DNA of 64,000 bases, from the NCBI GenBank assembly GCA_048885765.1, contig JBHLLI010000001.1:2592-66591 (forward strand). The letters run 5' to 3'. This document shows positions 25,817 to 35,693 of the stretch, one piece after another. The position numbers and the translations under genes are program-made. This DNA comes from Candidatus Hermodarchaeota archaeon (GTDB lineage: Archaea > Asgardarchaeota > Lokiarchaeia > Sigyniarchaeales > SOKP01). The notes beneath the pieces were generated by a model. The model saw only the letters and a program-made list of their open reading frames with translations. It was not told where the DNA came from and searched no databases. The first letter of the stretch is position 1. The number at the start of each line of letters is the position of its first letter.

Positions 25817-27670
25817 TTAAAATAAAGATTGAATAAAACTTTTGAAAGTGTCATAGTCATTGATAAATTCATAAGATAAGACTAAATTGATGATTTTAGT
25901 TTTATTTGTTGGAAATATCTCTGCGAGCTCATGAGAGATTCTACCACCTTTAAAAACAGAATCATCTGTTATTAAATCTATCTTTTCTCCCATCTTTTTA
26001 ATTTTTGAATAAAATCGTTCTCCTAATTCGCTTTCTGATGATATTATTATCGTTGGTTTTCCCAAATATGGAATAAAGTCTAAATTAAATATTAATGTTT
26101 GGCCTGGAACGTTGCTGAGATTCCCAAAAAATTGTTTCAATGAAGTCTTAAGTGTATTTAACTCATTTTGATTGTAATTTTCTTTAGATGGAAAGAGATA
26201 ATATGCTATTGATTTCTTTTGGGAATATTTTAAATCGTTATATACTCGATCTAATATCGGAAAAATACTAAAATCAAAACTAAATAAAGATAAAAATGCA
26301 ATAGCAAAATTAAAATCATTCGCAAGGAGATTACTACTAACATTTCCACCAGTTAAACTAAAGTTTGTAATTTCCCTATTAACTTGGGAGACATAAGTAT
26401 TTAATAAGAAATATTGAGAAAAGACGAGGGTAGCCTCAATCTTAGTCTGTATCTCATCAACCATTTCATAAATAAGATCAAATAGATTTTTAGTTAACTT
26501 TTCTTTAAGTTCCTGAATGGTAATACTTTCGATGATAGAATGAGCAGTGTTGGGGCTGTCATATTCAGCAAGAGCATTAATTGCATCCTTTAAGTTTTCA
26601 TATGACTCTTTTCTTATTTTTTTATTTTCCTGATTTTTATGATAGGAAATGAGATTTATTTGAACAATTCTATTTAAAATATTAATTACTTCAGATTGAG
26701 CTTCCTGGCCGTAAAACTTTTTTGCTACATTAAATAAGACTGTTGTCTTTTGAAAATCATTATCAACATGGTTTATTAATTTCACAACTAAATTGGGATT
26801 GGTTTCAATAATCTTACGGAATATATAACTCATAAGATCTTCTTTAAAGGCAGGTTCTGGAATTAAAGTTGTTGTAGTAATTGCTTGTTCGGGATTAACT
26901 GCAATTCGATCTAAAGCTAATAAATTTAAAATTTTATTCTTTAGGGTCAAATCTTGCATATTTTGAGCTAATTGGACCATTTGATCAAAATTTTTAGATG
27001 CATAAGCTCGAATTAAATTTGTATATAAATCAATTTGTTCAGTACTTTTGGAGACCATTAGTGCGTACTCTAAAGCTTTTAGAGGATTATTAATTGAAAG
27101 ATAACCTTTTGCTATTTGCTCTATATATGAATCTATTTTTTCAAGCAATTGAGAAGTTGGTGATCCCATAGATTGTGCTGAACTTAATTCATTTCTTAGA
27201 CTTTCTAACTGTTTTTCTGCCTTTTTTATTACGTTTTGATCCATATGTATGAAATAGTCTTCTGAATTAAAAGTATCAACCTTATCAACAATAGAAAAAA
27301 CGTGCGTTTTTAGAATCGAGTTCATTTTACTAACAGGAACAACACCCCGAACTCTTTGCACTTTAACTTTGTATTCAGTAATCTTAAGCCAATTTACATT
27401 GATAATTAATTTTCCAACACCATCAGTAGTCGGTTCTAATTTTAAGGTTATTTCCTTGGTTTCTCCTGGACCAAATTCGATATGATCGTTAAAAGCCTCT
27501 GATCCTACTTTTATTTTTAAATTCTCCCCTTCAAAGTCAAATTTGTATGTCTCTTTTTTGCTTGAAGTGTTTACTGCATGAATTTTAACTTCATTTTCGA
27601 TACCTGAAATTAATAAGTTCTGCGGAAATTTAGAGAAATTCAAAGAGATGGCTTTGTCTGAGTTTGACAT
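25817..27670 (-). CDS. hypothetical protein: N-terminal Ig-like beta-sandwich, helical-repeat middle, alpha/beta C-domain
   Basis: 617 aa. The N-terminal ~100 aa ('VKIHAVNTSSKKETYKFDFEGENLKIKVG...PGETKEITLKLEPTTDGVGKLIINVNW') have a CARDB/Ig-like pattern. Residues ~180-420 look helical-repeat-like. No family recognised. Confidence 0.4.
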   Translation of the reverse strand: MSNSDKAISLNFSKFPQNLLISGIENEVKIHAVNTSSKKETYKFDFEGENLKIKVGSEAFNDHIEFGPGETKEITLKLEPTTDGVGKLIINVNWLKITEYKVKVQRVRGVVPVSKMNSILKTHVFSIVDKVDTFNSEDYFIHMDQNVIKKAEKQLESLRNELSSAQSMGSPTSQLLEKIDSYIEQIAKGYLSINNPLKALEYALMVSKSTEQIDLYTNLIRAYASKNFDQMVQLAQNMQDLTLKNKILNLLALDRIAVNPEQAITTTTLIPEPAFKEDLMSYIFRKIIETNPNLVVKLINHVDNDFQKTTVLFNVAKKFYGQEAQSEVINILNRIVQINLISYHKNQENKKIRKESYENLKDAINALAEYDSPNTAHSIIESITIQELKEKLTKNLFDLIYEMVDEIQTKIEATLVFSQYFLLNTYVSQVNREITNFSLTGGNVSSNLLANDFNFAIAFLSLFSFDFSIFPILDRVYNDLKYSQKKSIAYYLFPSKENYNQNELNTLKTSLKQFFGNLSNVPGQTLIFNLDFIPYLGKPTIIISSESELGERFYSKIKKMGEKIDLITDDSVFKGGRISHELAEIFPTNKTKIINLVLSYEFINDYDTFKSFIQSLF

Positions 27671-27790
27671 AATTAAAAAGTTTTTTTGGTCAGTTAATTA
27701 ATACTAGTTCAAATATCTCATTATTTTTTAGGTTTGATAATTAATAATGGATTAACTACTTTAGGTTTATATAATAAAAAGTAAAGAAGC

Positions 27791-28528
27791 TTATTTTCCC
27801 ATCCTTCGATTTCTTTTTATGTAATCTTCTAAATCTTCAATTACCATTTCCTTGTTATAATCAGGCCATAAATCCTCTCGAAATTTAAATTCTGCGTAAG
27901 AAGAATCCCATAACAAAAATCCTGAAATTCTTGCGCCATCATCCATCCCAGTTCTAATTATATAATCTAACGGAGGAAAATTTTTTGTATACAAATAATT
28001 TTTTATCAATTCTACATTAACATCCTCAACATTTACGCCATCAGTGATCATTGATTTTACGGCATCAACAATTTCTTCATGACCATCATACATTATGCAG
28101 AGATTTATAAAATTTTGATTATGATTTTTAGTGAAATCTATTAACTCTTGAATTTTTGCTCTTGCTTTAGGTGGGAGCATTGAAATTCTGCCGATAACAC
28201 CAAACCTTACTTTTTCTTCTTTTACAATCGATTCGTTAATAACAGTATCAACAGCTTTGACCATAATTTTGTATATATATTTAAGTTCTTCAGCACTTCG
28301 CTTCTTCACATTCTCAAGAGATAATATATACAAACTTAAATAATGGATCCCAGCATCAAAAAAATCAAACAATCTTTTTTTCAGGTTTTCATAGCCGATC
28401 ATATGTCCAAAATTAACGTCAAGATTTCTCTTTGAAGCCCATCTTCTGTTACCATCTACAATTAAACCTATATGTTTAGGAAGTTGTTCTTTTGCTTGAA
28501 CCTTTAATTCTTCTAATGTACGAGCCAT
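27791..28528 (-). CDS. uppS: cis-prenyltransferase (undecaprenyl/dehydrodolichyl diphosphate synthase)
   Basis: 245 aa. 'HIGLIVDGNRRWA', 'ENVKKRSAEE' and 'IRTGMDDGARISGFLLWDSSYAEF' are hallmark UPPS motifs. Confidence 0.9.
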   Translation of the reverse strand: MARTLEELKVQAKEQLPKHIGLIVDGNRRWASKRNLDVNFGHMIGYENLKKRLFDFFDAGIHYLSLYILSLENVKKRSAEELKYIYKIMVKAVDTVINESIVKEEKVRFGVIGRISMLPPKARAKIQELIDFTKNHNQNFINLCIMYDGHEEIVDAVKSMITDGVNVEDVNVELIKNYLYTKNFPPLDYIIRTGMDDGARISGFLLWDSSYAEFKFREDLWPDYNKEMVIEDLEDYIKRNRRMGK

Positions 28529-28931
28529 TTAACCTGTTACTAAATTGTATTATTTTTCAATATTAATATAAATATTAAAAATATTAATTTTATCTAAAAT
28601 TTTTCTATAAATAATTATTATCTATGTTTTAACTAAAGATATTTTACCAGTTATTGTTAATCCTCTCAGAAAATTACCTATTATGTAAATTATAGTGATA
28701 ATTTTCACGCTTTTATTGTTTTTCAATAATAAATGATATTATTCACAATATATACCACATATAAGAATTTGAACTATTGCGAATATTAAACTACTGAGAA
28801 TTTTTAAATAAGCAAATCTTCTAATAAACTTAATATTTATTTAGATAAGTTTTTGAACAAATAAATATTACATTAAATTATTTAGGTTTTCATTGGAAAA
28901 ACGAATTTTCACATTTTAAGAGACACGGTTA

Positions 28932-30611
28932 ATGCTTTCTAACGATTATCTGTTTTCAAACATTGGAATTGACTCCATTGGCTTTCATGCTCCAAGACAT
29001 TATGTAAAATTAGATGAGCTTGCCCAAAAAAGAAAAGTTGATCCAGAGAAGTATAAAAAGGGTTTATTGTCCAAAGAAATGCGAGTAGCAGATATTGATG
29101 AAGATATTATTTCTCTTGGATTAAAAGCAGGATATAATGCTCTTTTGAGAGGAGGTATCTCTCCTAAAAATATTGATGCCCTATTTGTGGGGACTGAGAC
29201 AGAAGTATATGCTGCCAAATCAGTTTCTAATATTTTTGCTGAAATGTTAGAAATTTCATCAAATTCATTAACTCAGGACATTTATAATGCATGCGCGGGT
29301 GGAACATTAGCAATACTCAATGCAATTGCCTTAATTGAAAAAGGTATTATAAACAAAGCTCTTATTATAAACACAGACATCTCCTCATATCATATTGGTT
29401 CCCCAGGTGAACCTACACAAGGATCGGGTGCTATTGCTCTTGTTATTTCAAAAAATCCTAGAATAGCTACATTTAGCAAGAAGTTTGGAAAAGTTTCTGG
29501 AAATGTAAATGACTTCTTTAGACCACATAATGATAAAAATGCTAGAGCTTTTGGTAGATACTCTCAAGATGCGTACATCAAATTTCAGCTAGCAGCTTAT
29601 GATGATTTAATTAGAAATATTGGAGATTTTCATGCAGATTTCTATACATTCCATGCACCATATGGTAAGCTTCCACTGAAATGTTTCCAACAAATAATAT
29701 TAAAGCGTTGGATTAAACATATCAATGAATTACCTAAAATAGAGAGAAAAAGTATAAGATCGTCTATAATTAAGAAACTCGATCATTTTTTGCATGATGT
29801 AACCGTATTACCAGAATGGCTTTATTTAAAAATAAAAGAAAGAGGATTTGCCTCTCCGACTCTAGAGAAATTCTCATATTGGGTAAATACTCATGTAAAA
29901 GAGAGAGTTCTTCCTCAATTGAACGTGCCCATGCATTTTGGAAATATGTATAATGCTTCTCTCTGGGCTCAAGTTCTTTATCTTCTTGAAAATCAGGTAC
30001 GAGATAATGATACACTTTATTTCGGGTCTTACGGCTCAGGAGCTACATGTATTTCAGGTCTTTTAAAAGTTCAAGAGAGTTTTAACGAAATAATCAAAAA
30101 AGGGCCACATATAAATGATTTTATAAAATTGAAAAAGAGAAAAAGTGTTAAAGAATACGAATTAATTAAAAATGGTGCTACAAAACCAAAAATATTATTG
30201 GGGCAAATAGTTGAACATGAACAAAACAATAAGAGAGGATTTACATTGCATTTTTGTGATGAGGGTTGTCTTATTCCTAATATAAAGGGATTGAATCATT
30301 GCCCTAAAGGCCATTCAGGATATCATAAAAGATTTTTCCCTCTCTTTGCAAAATTGGAAAGTGATCCAATAGTTCAAACCGATTCACATGATCTTAAGTA
30401 TCTAAAAAAAGGATTAGTAAGAATAGCTAGCGATGTGAAAAAGGGCACTTCTTTAGAATATGAAATTAGAAGAGTTGAAAATCAAAACGAGGAAAATATT
30501 AATGCTAAAGGATTGCTAAATTGGAGCCCTATATACCTACCAATACCAGAAAAATACTTGACAAAGAGAGATTATCAAATCGAAGATATCCCACTAGCTC
30601 CTATTGAATGA
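28932..30611 (+). CDS. HMG-CoA synthase with ~170-aa C-terminal Zn-knuckle/OB-like extension
   Basis: 559 aa. HMGCS motifs are 'GTETEVYAAKS', 'YNACAGGT' (catalytic Cys), 'FHAPYGKL' and 'GNMYNASL'. The extra C-terminus contains 'HFCDEGCLIPNIKGLNHCPKGH'. Confidence 0.8.
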   Translation: MLSNDYLFSNIGIDSIGFHAPRHYVKLDELAQKRKVDPEKYKKGLLSKEMRVADIDEDIISLGLKAGYNALLRGGISPKNIDALFVGTETEVYAAKSVSNIFAEMLEISSNSLTQDIYNACAGGTLAILNAIALIEKGIINKALIINTDISSYHIGSPGEPTQGSGAIALVISKNPRIATFSKKFGKVSGNVNDFFRPHNDKNARAFGRYSQDAYIKFQLAAYDDLIRNIGDFHADFYTFHAPYGKLPLKCFQQIILKRWIKHINELPKIERKSIRSSIIKKLDHFLHDVTVLPEWLYLKIKERGFASPTLEKFSYWVNTHVKERVLPQLNVPMHFGNMYNASLWAQVLYLLENQVRDNDTLYFGSYGSGATCISGLLKVQESFNEIIKKGPHINDFIKLKKRKSVKEYELIKNGATKPKILLGQIVEHEQNNKRGFTLHFCDEGCLIPNIKGLNHCPKGHSGYHKRFFPLFAKLESDPIVQTDSHDLKYLKKGLVRIASDVKKGTSLEYEIRRVENQNEENINAKGLLNWSPIYLPIPEKYLTKRDYQIEDIPLAPIE

Positions 30612-30631
30612 TATTAATCTTTTTCAATAAT

Positions 30632-31018
30632 CTAATAATTAATAATTCCTAAATTAGCATTTATACTTACTTTTACACCATTAGGAATGCTATTGATATC
30701 AACATTATCCATCATTGGGATTTCAGAAATAATAGCTCCAACTGCTACAATTGGGTCGGCTTTCTGAGTCAGAAATGCGAGGGGAGCTTTCTTATTTTTA
30801 AATAATTGATAGATCGCATATGAACCTACTGTTGATCCTTTTCCATAGGGGAATATGAATATTTTTTTATTTATATAACTCCCTTTTAATGGATGCCTTT
30901 CTGCCGTTATTTGACCAGTTTTTGGATTTATATCACCTAAAAATGAAATAGGCTCATAACTCACAATAGATTCACCAGTAGCTTCTCCTGGGACAATACA
31001 CCTTCCTTTAATTTCCAC
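30632..31018 (-). CDS. aconitase X swivel-domain protein = phosphomevalonate dehydratase small subunit
   Basis: 128 aa. 'GRCIVPGEATGESIVSYEPISFLGDINPKTGQI' is typical of the DUF126/AcnX swivel domain. It overlaps the large subunit by 11 nt. Confidence 0.8.
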   Translation of the reverse strand: MEIKGRCIVPGEATGESIVSYEPISFLGDINPKTGQITAERHPLKGSYINKKIFIFPYGKGSTVGSYAIYQLFKNKKAPLAFLTQKADPIVAVGAIISEIPMMDNVDINSIPNGVKVSINANLGIINY

Positions 31019-32150
31019 CTAGTAATTCCTCTCTTGATTTTAATATGCTTTTAATTTTAGATAAGTTTTGGGTATAATGCGCAGCCTTAGTAGAATCAGT
31101 GGCTAAACACTCTATCCCCATTTCTTCTAAAGGTGCTACAACCATACAAGTATCTGAAAAGATATTAATGTTGTTGGGTAGATTCTGGAATTGCTTTTTT
31201 ATTGGTTTTGATGTGAAAATCCATACTTTTTTTTCTGTTTTTATGTTTTGGATTATTTCATTAACTTCTTCCAATGAACAATGTGGACATCCAAATGTAA
31301 TTATTTCAGGTTCAGTACCAGTAGTTAGCTTTTCCTGTATTATTACTAAATTTTCTCTTGATACTTCAAATACTTCCGGGGTTTCAATTATCCTTGATTC
31401 AGGTGTGATACCTGGAATTATAAACATTGCCACTCCACCACTTGCAGCAGCTCCCGCCCCTAATGCCTTTAATTGTGCCCAAGACGCTTTCTTAACTCCA
31501 TTAATTACAGGAATTTTATTTTTTGACAGTTCCCCTATATGATATCCTAAGAGAGTAAAATCAAAATTAGTTAATTCAAAATTAATATTGAACTGAATTT
31601 GTCCTTCTCTATTTTCATCTAAATGTAAACCATAATTGGGTGTTTTCCCTATTAACGCAGCTGATAAAGCGCTTGGACCTCCTTCTCTATTAGTCATTGC
31701 TCCAAGAACAGAATTAGCAAAAATCACAGCTGAAGATTCTGACCATGCTATATGGGATCCCATAACCGGAATAAGACCATTATGATATGGAGTACAAGTG
31801 CAGCTTTGTTTAATCCCCATTGATGTTAAGGCCTTAATTATTCTTAACTGTTTCTTAGCAAAATCACTTGGAAATCCTAATTTATTCCACTCATCTAAAT
31901 CCATACCAGCAGGATTCATCCAACTTTCAACAATTACATTAATATTTGCATTAGCCCAATCTTCTATAAAATCTAATCCAGCGTCACCTATTGTTTTATA
32001 GGATACTCCCGCAATTTGGGTAGAATCAACTTTTATCAATTTATCTGCATTAAATATATCTCCCAGAGTTACAAGGATTCTCATTGCTTTTGCTTTTATT
32101 TCTCCAGATTCTCCATCAAGGATTTTTTCCTCCTCTTTAGTTATGAACAC
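31008..32150 (-). CDS. aconitase X catalytic-domain protein = phosphomevalonate dehydratase large subunit
   Basis: 380 aa, DUF521-like: 'ILDGESGEIKAKAMRILVTLGDIFNADKLIKVDSTQIAG', a Cys cluster 'SCTCTPY' and 'GPSALSAALIGKTPNYGLH'. Its GTG start overlaps the UbiD-like stop by 1 nt. Confidence 0.8.
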   Translation of the reverse strand: MFITKEEEKILDGESGEIKAKAMRILVTLGDIFNADKLIKVDSTQIAGVSYKTIGDAGLDFIEDWANANINVIVESWMNPAGMDLDEWNKLGFPSDFAKKQLRIIKALTSMGIKQSCTCTPYHNGLIPVMGSHIAWSESSAVIFANSVLGAMTNREGGPSALSAALIGKTPNYGLHLDENREGQIQFNINFELTNFDFTLLGYHIGELSKNKIPVINGVKKASWAQLKALGAGAAASGGVAMFIIPGITPESRIIETPEVFEVSRENLVIIQEKLTTGTEPEIITFGCPHCSLEEVNEIIQNIKTEKKVWIFTSKPIKKQFQNLPNNINIFSDTCMVVAPLEEMGIECLATDSTKAAHYTQNLSKIKSILKSREELLGGN

Positions 32151-33406
32151 TAAAATTCCACCCTATTATAACCTTCATTGTTTTCCAGAGGCTTTGTAGC
32201 ATCGATCCCCCATTTACATGTTATACTATCTTTTGATGATGGATCTAATGATGATCCTTTAGAATTTGGAATAAGTAAAATATCTTTATCTGGTTGAACT
32301 CGTGTTGCTACAGCCCATTCAACATCATCAGAGTTATAAAGATTTATATCTTCATCAACAACAATAACTCTTTTTAAACTAGGATGAGCTGCTAAAGCAG
32401 CTAAAATCGTATTTTTAGCATCTCCTTCCGTTCGTTTTTTAATTTGAACGACAGCATGAAACCATGAATTTCCTCCTGGGGTCAAGATAACATTTTTTAC
32501 TGTACTGACTGTATTAGATATAAATTTAAACATTCGGGGTTCTTGTGGTACTCCCATCAACATCTTATGTTCCTTTCCACCGGGTAATATAGTTCTGAAG
32601 ATTGGATTGTCTCTAAAATAGAGTCTTTCAATTTCGAGTACTGGTTGAGATCTAATTTTATCTGCAGTTCCAGTTAAATCAACAAATGGACCTTCATCTG
32701 CCATTTCTCTTGTGATTTTACCTTCAAACACGAATTCAGCATCAGAAGGTACAAGAAGATTATTTGAAAGCCTAATAACACTAAGATCGTCTAAAAAAGT
32801 AGCTGCTAAAGAGAGTTCATCTAATTGTGGGGCTGAAAATGAAGAACTTATTTCTATAGCAGGATGTACACCGCATACGATTGCTATTTGCAAATCTTTA
32901 TTAGTTTCTATAGCATTAAGATAAGCCTTATCAAGATGTCTCTGAGGTATAATTCTTATTGAAAATTGGTTTGAATTGATATACATTAATCTATGAAAAG
33001 ACATATTCTGTCTTTCCTCACCTGGAAATTTAACAACGATTATACTTGATGTAATATACTTTTTATCCCCATAAAAATTTATCATAGGGATATATTTTTC
33101 TAGTTCAGTATCTTTATTTACATCAACTTTATTAGCCAAAAATTCAGCATTATCGATTTCTTTAGGTTTTTTTATTTTTTCTAGTTTTTCTGTGATAAAT
33201 TGAATAATTTGGTTCTTTTTAATTCGAAGAGCAGTTGCAAAAAGTTCTCTATTACTTACTAAACCAGAAACTATAGGAAATGGGTAATTTTTTACTTTAT
33301 ATTTTGTTGGAGCTTCCTGATCTTTATTAATTTGATGGCCTAAACGATCTAAAGAAATTAAATCCTCATATTCCTTGATATGAATTTTTTCTAAATATTC
33401 TCTCAA
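32150..33406 (-). CDS. UbiD-family decarboxylase (candidate trans-anhydromevalonate-5-phosphate decarboxylase)
   Basis: 418 aa. 'EGPFVDLTGTADKIRSQPVLEIERLYFRDNPIFRTILPGGKEHKMLMGVPQEP' is UbiD-like. Its operon context with AcnX and UbiX matches the archaeal mevalonate pathway. Confidence 0.8.
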   Translation of the reverse strand: MREYLEKIHIKEYEDLISLDRLGHQINKDQEAPTKYKVKNYPFPIVSGLVSNRELFATALRIKKNQIIQFITEKLEKIKKPKEIDNAEFLANKVDVNKDTELEKYIPMINFYGDKKYITSSIIVVKFPGEERQNMSFHRLMYINSNQFSIRIIPQRHLDKAYLNAIETNKDLQIAIVCGVHPAIEISSSFSAPQLDELSLAATFLDDLSVIRLSNNLLVPSDAEFVFEGKITREMADEGPFVDLTGTADKIRSQPVLEIERLYFRDNPIFRTILPGGKEHKMLMGVPQEPRMFKFISNTVSTVKNVILTPGGNSWFHAVVQIKKRTEGDAKNTILAALAAHPSLKRVIVVDEDINLYNSDDVEWAVATRVQPDKDILLIPNSKGSSLDPSSKDSITCKWGIDATKPLENNEGYNRVEF

Positions 33407-33729
33407 TTATATCCCTCTAAAAAATTATCAATCACTTTATTTGAATTTTCGACAAGTTTTTGTATGTCATCTTGAGTGGCATCATCGATATGTAAGCCTG
33501 CTACTAAAACAACTGTTTTTTTAAGCTTCTTGGCTACTTTTTCTGCTAATGGCTTAGCTAGATCACCCTCCTTATGACCATATGAGCTAATAATACTTGT
33601 ACTTGCAGTATTTTTATAAGGAGTCGCCATTGCGACAGCACCTATATGATATTCCTCTCCTCCTTTTAATATTAATACTAAATCATCACCCATTTCATAG
33701 CTATCCACAATTACTTTCCATTTATCCAT
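33403..33729 (-). CDS. small conserved-looking protein between ubiX and the ubiD-like gene (possible accessory subunit or prFMN chaperone)
   Basis: 108 aa. It overlaps the ubiD-like start by 4 nt and the ubiX stop by 8 nt. It contains 'LILKGGEEYHIGAVAMATPY' and 'VLVAGLHIDDAT'. Function is inferred from position only. Confidence 0.4.
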   Translation of the reverse strand: MDKWKVIVDSYEMGDDLVLILKGGEEYHIGAVAMATPYKNTASTSIISSYGHKEGDLAKPLAEKVAKKLKKTVVLVAGLHIDDATQDDIQKLVENSNKVIDNFLEGYN

Positions 33730-34282
33730 CTCCCCACCTCTTTATACCACTTTCAATTCCTATTTGATCAAGAATCCTTCCAACAGTATGATTAACAAGT
33801 TCATCAACGGATTTAGGCTTAATATAATAGGAGGGAACGGGGGGTGCAATAATGACACCTAATCTTGCTAAAGTCAACATATTTTCCAAATGTATAGCGC
33901 TGAGTGGGCTTTCTCTTACAATTAAAATGAGTTTTCTATTTTCTTTTAAAGTCACATCTGCGGCTCTAGTGATTAAGTTATCTGAATAACCATTGGCTAT
34001 AGCAGCTAACGTTTTCATAGTACAAGGAACCACGATCATGGCGTCAATTTTGTGTGAACCACTTGCTGGTGGAGCTGTTAAATCATCAACATCATAATAT
34101 TTTGTCGCTAATTGTTGAATTTCTTTGAATCTACTATCGGTTTCACTTGCAATGACAACTTCAGCGGACTTTGAAATGATCAATTCAGTTTTAATGTTTT
34201 TGCTCTTTAAAACTCGTAATAATTTTTCTGCTATTACTATTCCTGAAGCTCCAGTTATCGCAATAAGAATCAAAATTCTCAC
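33722..34282 (-). CDS. ubiX: UbiX-family flavin prenyltransferase
   Basis: 186 aa. 'IAITGASGIVIAEKLL', 'MIVVPCTMKTLAAIANGYSDNLITRAADV' and 'RESPLSAIHLENM'. Confidence 0.88.
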   Translation of the reverse strand: MRILILIAITGASGIVIAEKLLRVLKSKNIKTELIISKSAEVVIASETDSRFKEIQQLATKYYDVDDLTAPPASGSHKIDAMIVVPCTMKTLAAIANGYSDNLITRAADVTLKENRKLILIVRESPLSAIHLENMLTLARLGVIIAPPVPSYYIKPKSVDELVNHTVGRILDQIGIESGIKRWGDG

Positions 34283-34409
34283 AGATATTTGATTGTAAAA
34301 TTAAATTTCTTATAAGTATTAATTAATTAGGAATAATAATTATTTTTTGTATTAATCGTAAAAAAGTATAATAATTAATTCTTTTCAATTACAAAATCAA
34401 CGTTTAAAA

Positions 34410-35684
34410 ATGAATGATTATAGTTCTGAAATTTCAGGATTCTACAAATTATCAATTAAAGAGCGTAGAGATTTATTATCTAAACTAATCGATCTTGATA
34501 ATAATGAGAAAAAAATCTTAGAAAATTTAGGATACTTTACAGAAACGCAAATTGACACTCTAGTAGAAAATGTTATTGGTTCTTATCAATTACCTCTAGG
34601 TATTGCTAGCAATTTCAAAATTAATAATAAAGACTATATTATTCCGATGGTTACCGAAGAACCCTCTGTGATTGCTGCTGCTTCAAAGGCTGCTAAAATA
34701 GCTAGAAAGCATGGCGGTTTTCAATCTGATAAAGTAAACTCTGTAATGATTTCACAGATTCAATTGACTAATTTAAAAGATATAAAATTAGCTAAAAAGA
34801 AAATAGAGGAGAACAAAAAAAAACTTTTAAAAATTGCAAATGAACAAGATCCTGTTTTAATTAAGTTAGGTGGTGGAGCTTTTGATTTTGAACTTCGAGA
34901 AATTACAACAGGAAAAGGAGATATGATAATTATTCATTTATTAGTTGATGTTTTAGATGCCATGGGAGCTAATGTGGTAAATACTATGGCTGAAAAAATT
35001 AGTCCCTATATAGAAGATATATCTGGAGGTAAAGTATACCTTAGAATAGTTTCTAATTTAGCCACTCATCGAATAGCAAAATGTAGTGCAATTTTTGACA
35101 AGGAATTATTAGGTGGAAAAGAAGTTGTAGAAGGGATTTTGAATGCCTATGAATTTGCCTTAGCAGATCCATACAGAGCAACAACCCATAATAAGGGTAT
35201 TATGAATGGGATTGTTGCATTGGCTTTAGCAACAGGAAATGATACTCGCGCTATTGAAGCAGGAGCTCATGCATATGCATCATTGAAAGGAAAATACTCT
35301 CCTTTGACTAAATTTGGCAAAGATTCTAACGGAAACCTTATAGGTGAAATAGAAATACCAATGCCATTAGGAATAATAGGTGGAATGACAAAAATACATC
35401 CAATGGCTCGACTTTCTTTAAAAATTTTGAATGTTAAAAGTGTAAGTGAACTTTGTCAAATAGCAGCTGCTTTAGGACTAGCTCAAAATGTAGCGGCATT
35501 AAGAGCTTTAGCTTCTGAAGGTATTCAAAAAGGACATATGATTCTTCATTCACATAATATTGCTAAATTAGCTGGAACACCCGATGATTTGATTGAAGAA
35601 GTTGCTAGAATACTTGTTAAGGAGAACAAAATTAGAATTGATTATGCTAAAGAAGTATTAAAAAAACTATTAAAAAGTGAATAA
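34410..35684 (+). CDS. HMG-CoA reductase, class II type
   Basis: 424 aa with no membrane domain. 'MVTEEPSVIAAASKAAK', 'DAMGANVVNTMAE' and 'ATHNKGIMNGI' resemble class II enzymes. Confidence 0.85.
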   Translation: MNDYSSEISGFYKLSIKERRDLLSKLIDLDNNEKKILENLGYFTETQIDTLVENVIGSYQLPLGIASNFKINNKDYIIPMVTEEPSVIAAASKAAKIARKHGGFQSDKVNSVMISQIQLTNLKDIKLAKKKIEENKKKLLKIANEQDPVLIKLGGGAFDFELREITTGKGDMIIIHLLVDVLDAMGANVVNTMAEKISPYIEDISGGKVYLRIVSNLATHRIAKCSAIFDKELLGGKEVVEGILNAYEFALADPYRATTHNKGIMNGIVALALATGNDTRAIEAGAHAYASLKGKYSPLTKFGKDSNGNLIGEIEIPMPLGIIGGMTKIHPMARLSLKILNVKSVSELCQIAAALGLAQNVAALRALASEGIQKGHMILHSHNIAKLAGTPDDLIEEVARILVKENKIRIDYAKEVLKKLLKSE

Positions 35685-35693
35685 ATTAATCCA

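Noticed and set aside
28529-28931. 403-nt divergent intergenic region between uppS and the HMG-CoA synthase gene. It contains the short inverted repeat 'TTATTG-5-CAATAA' and two 'AATTTTCAC' copies, and was considered as a regulatory RNA or operator.
   Set aside because: The motifs are short and AT-rich, so chance occurrence is likely. I saw no ORF, no stable stem-loop and no similarity to the other isoprenoid promoters in the window.
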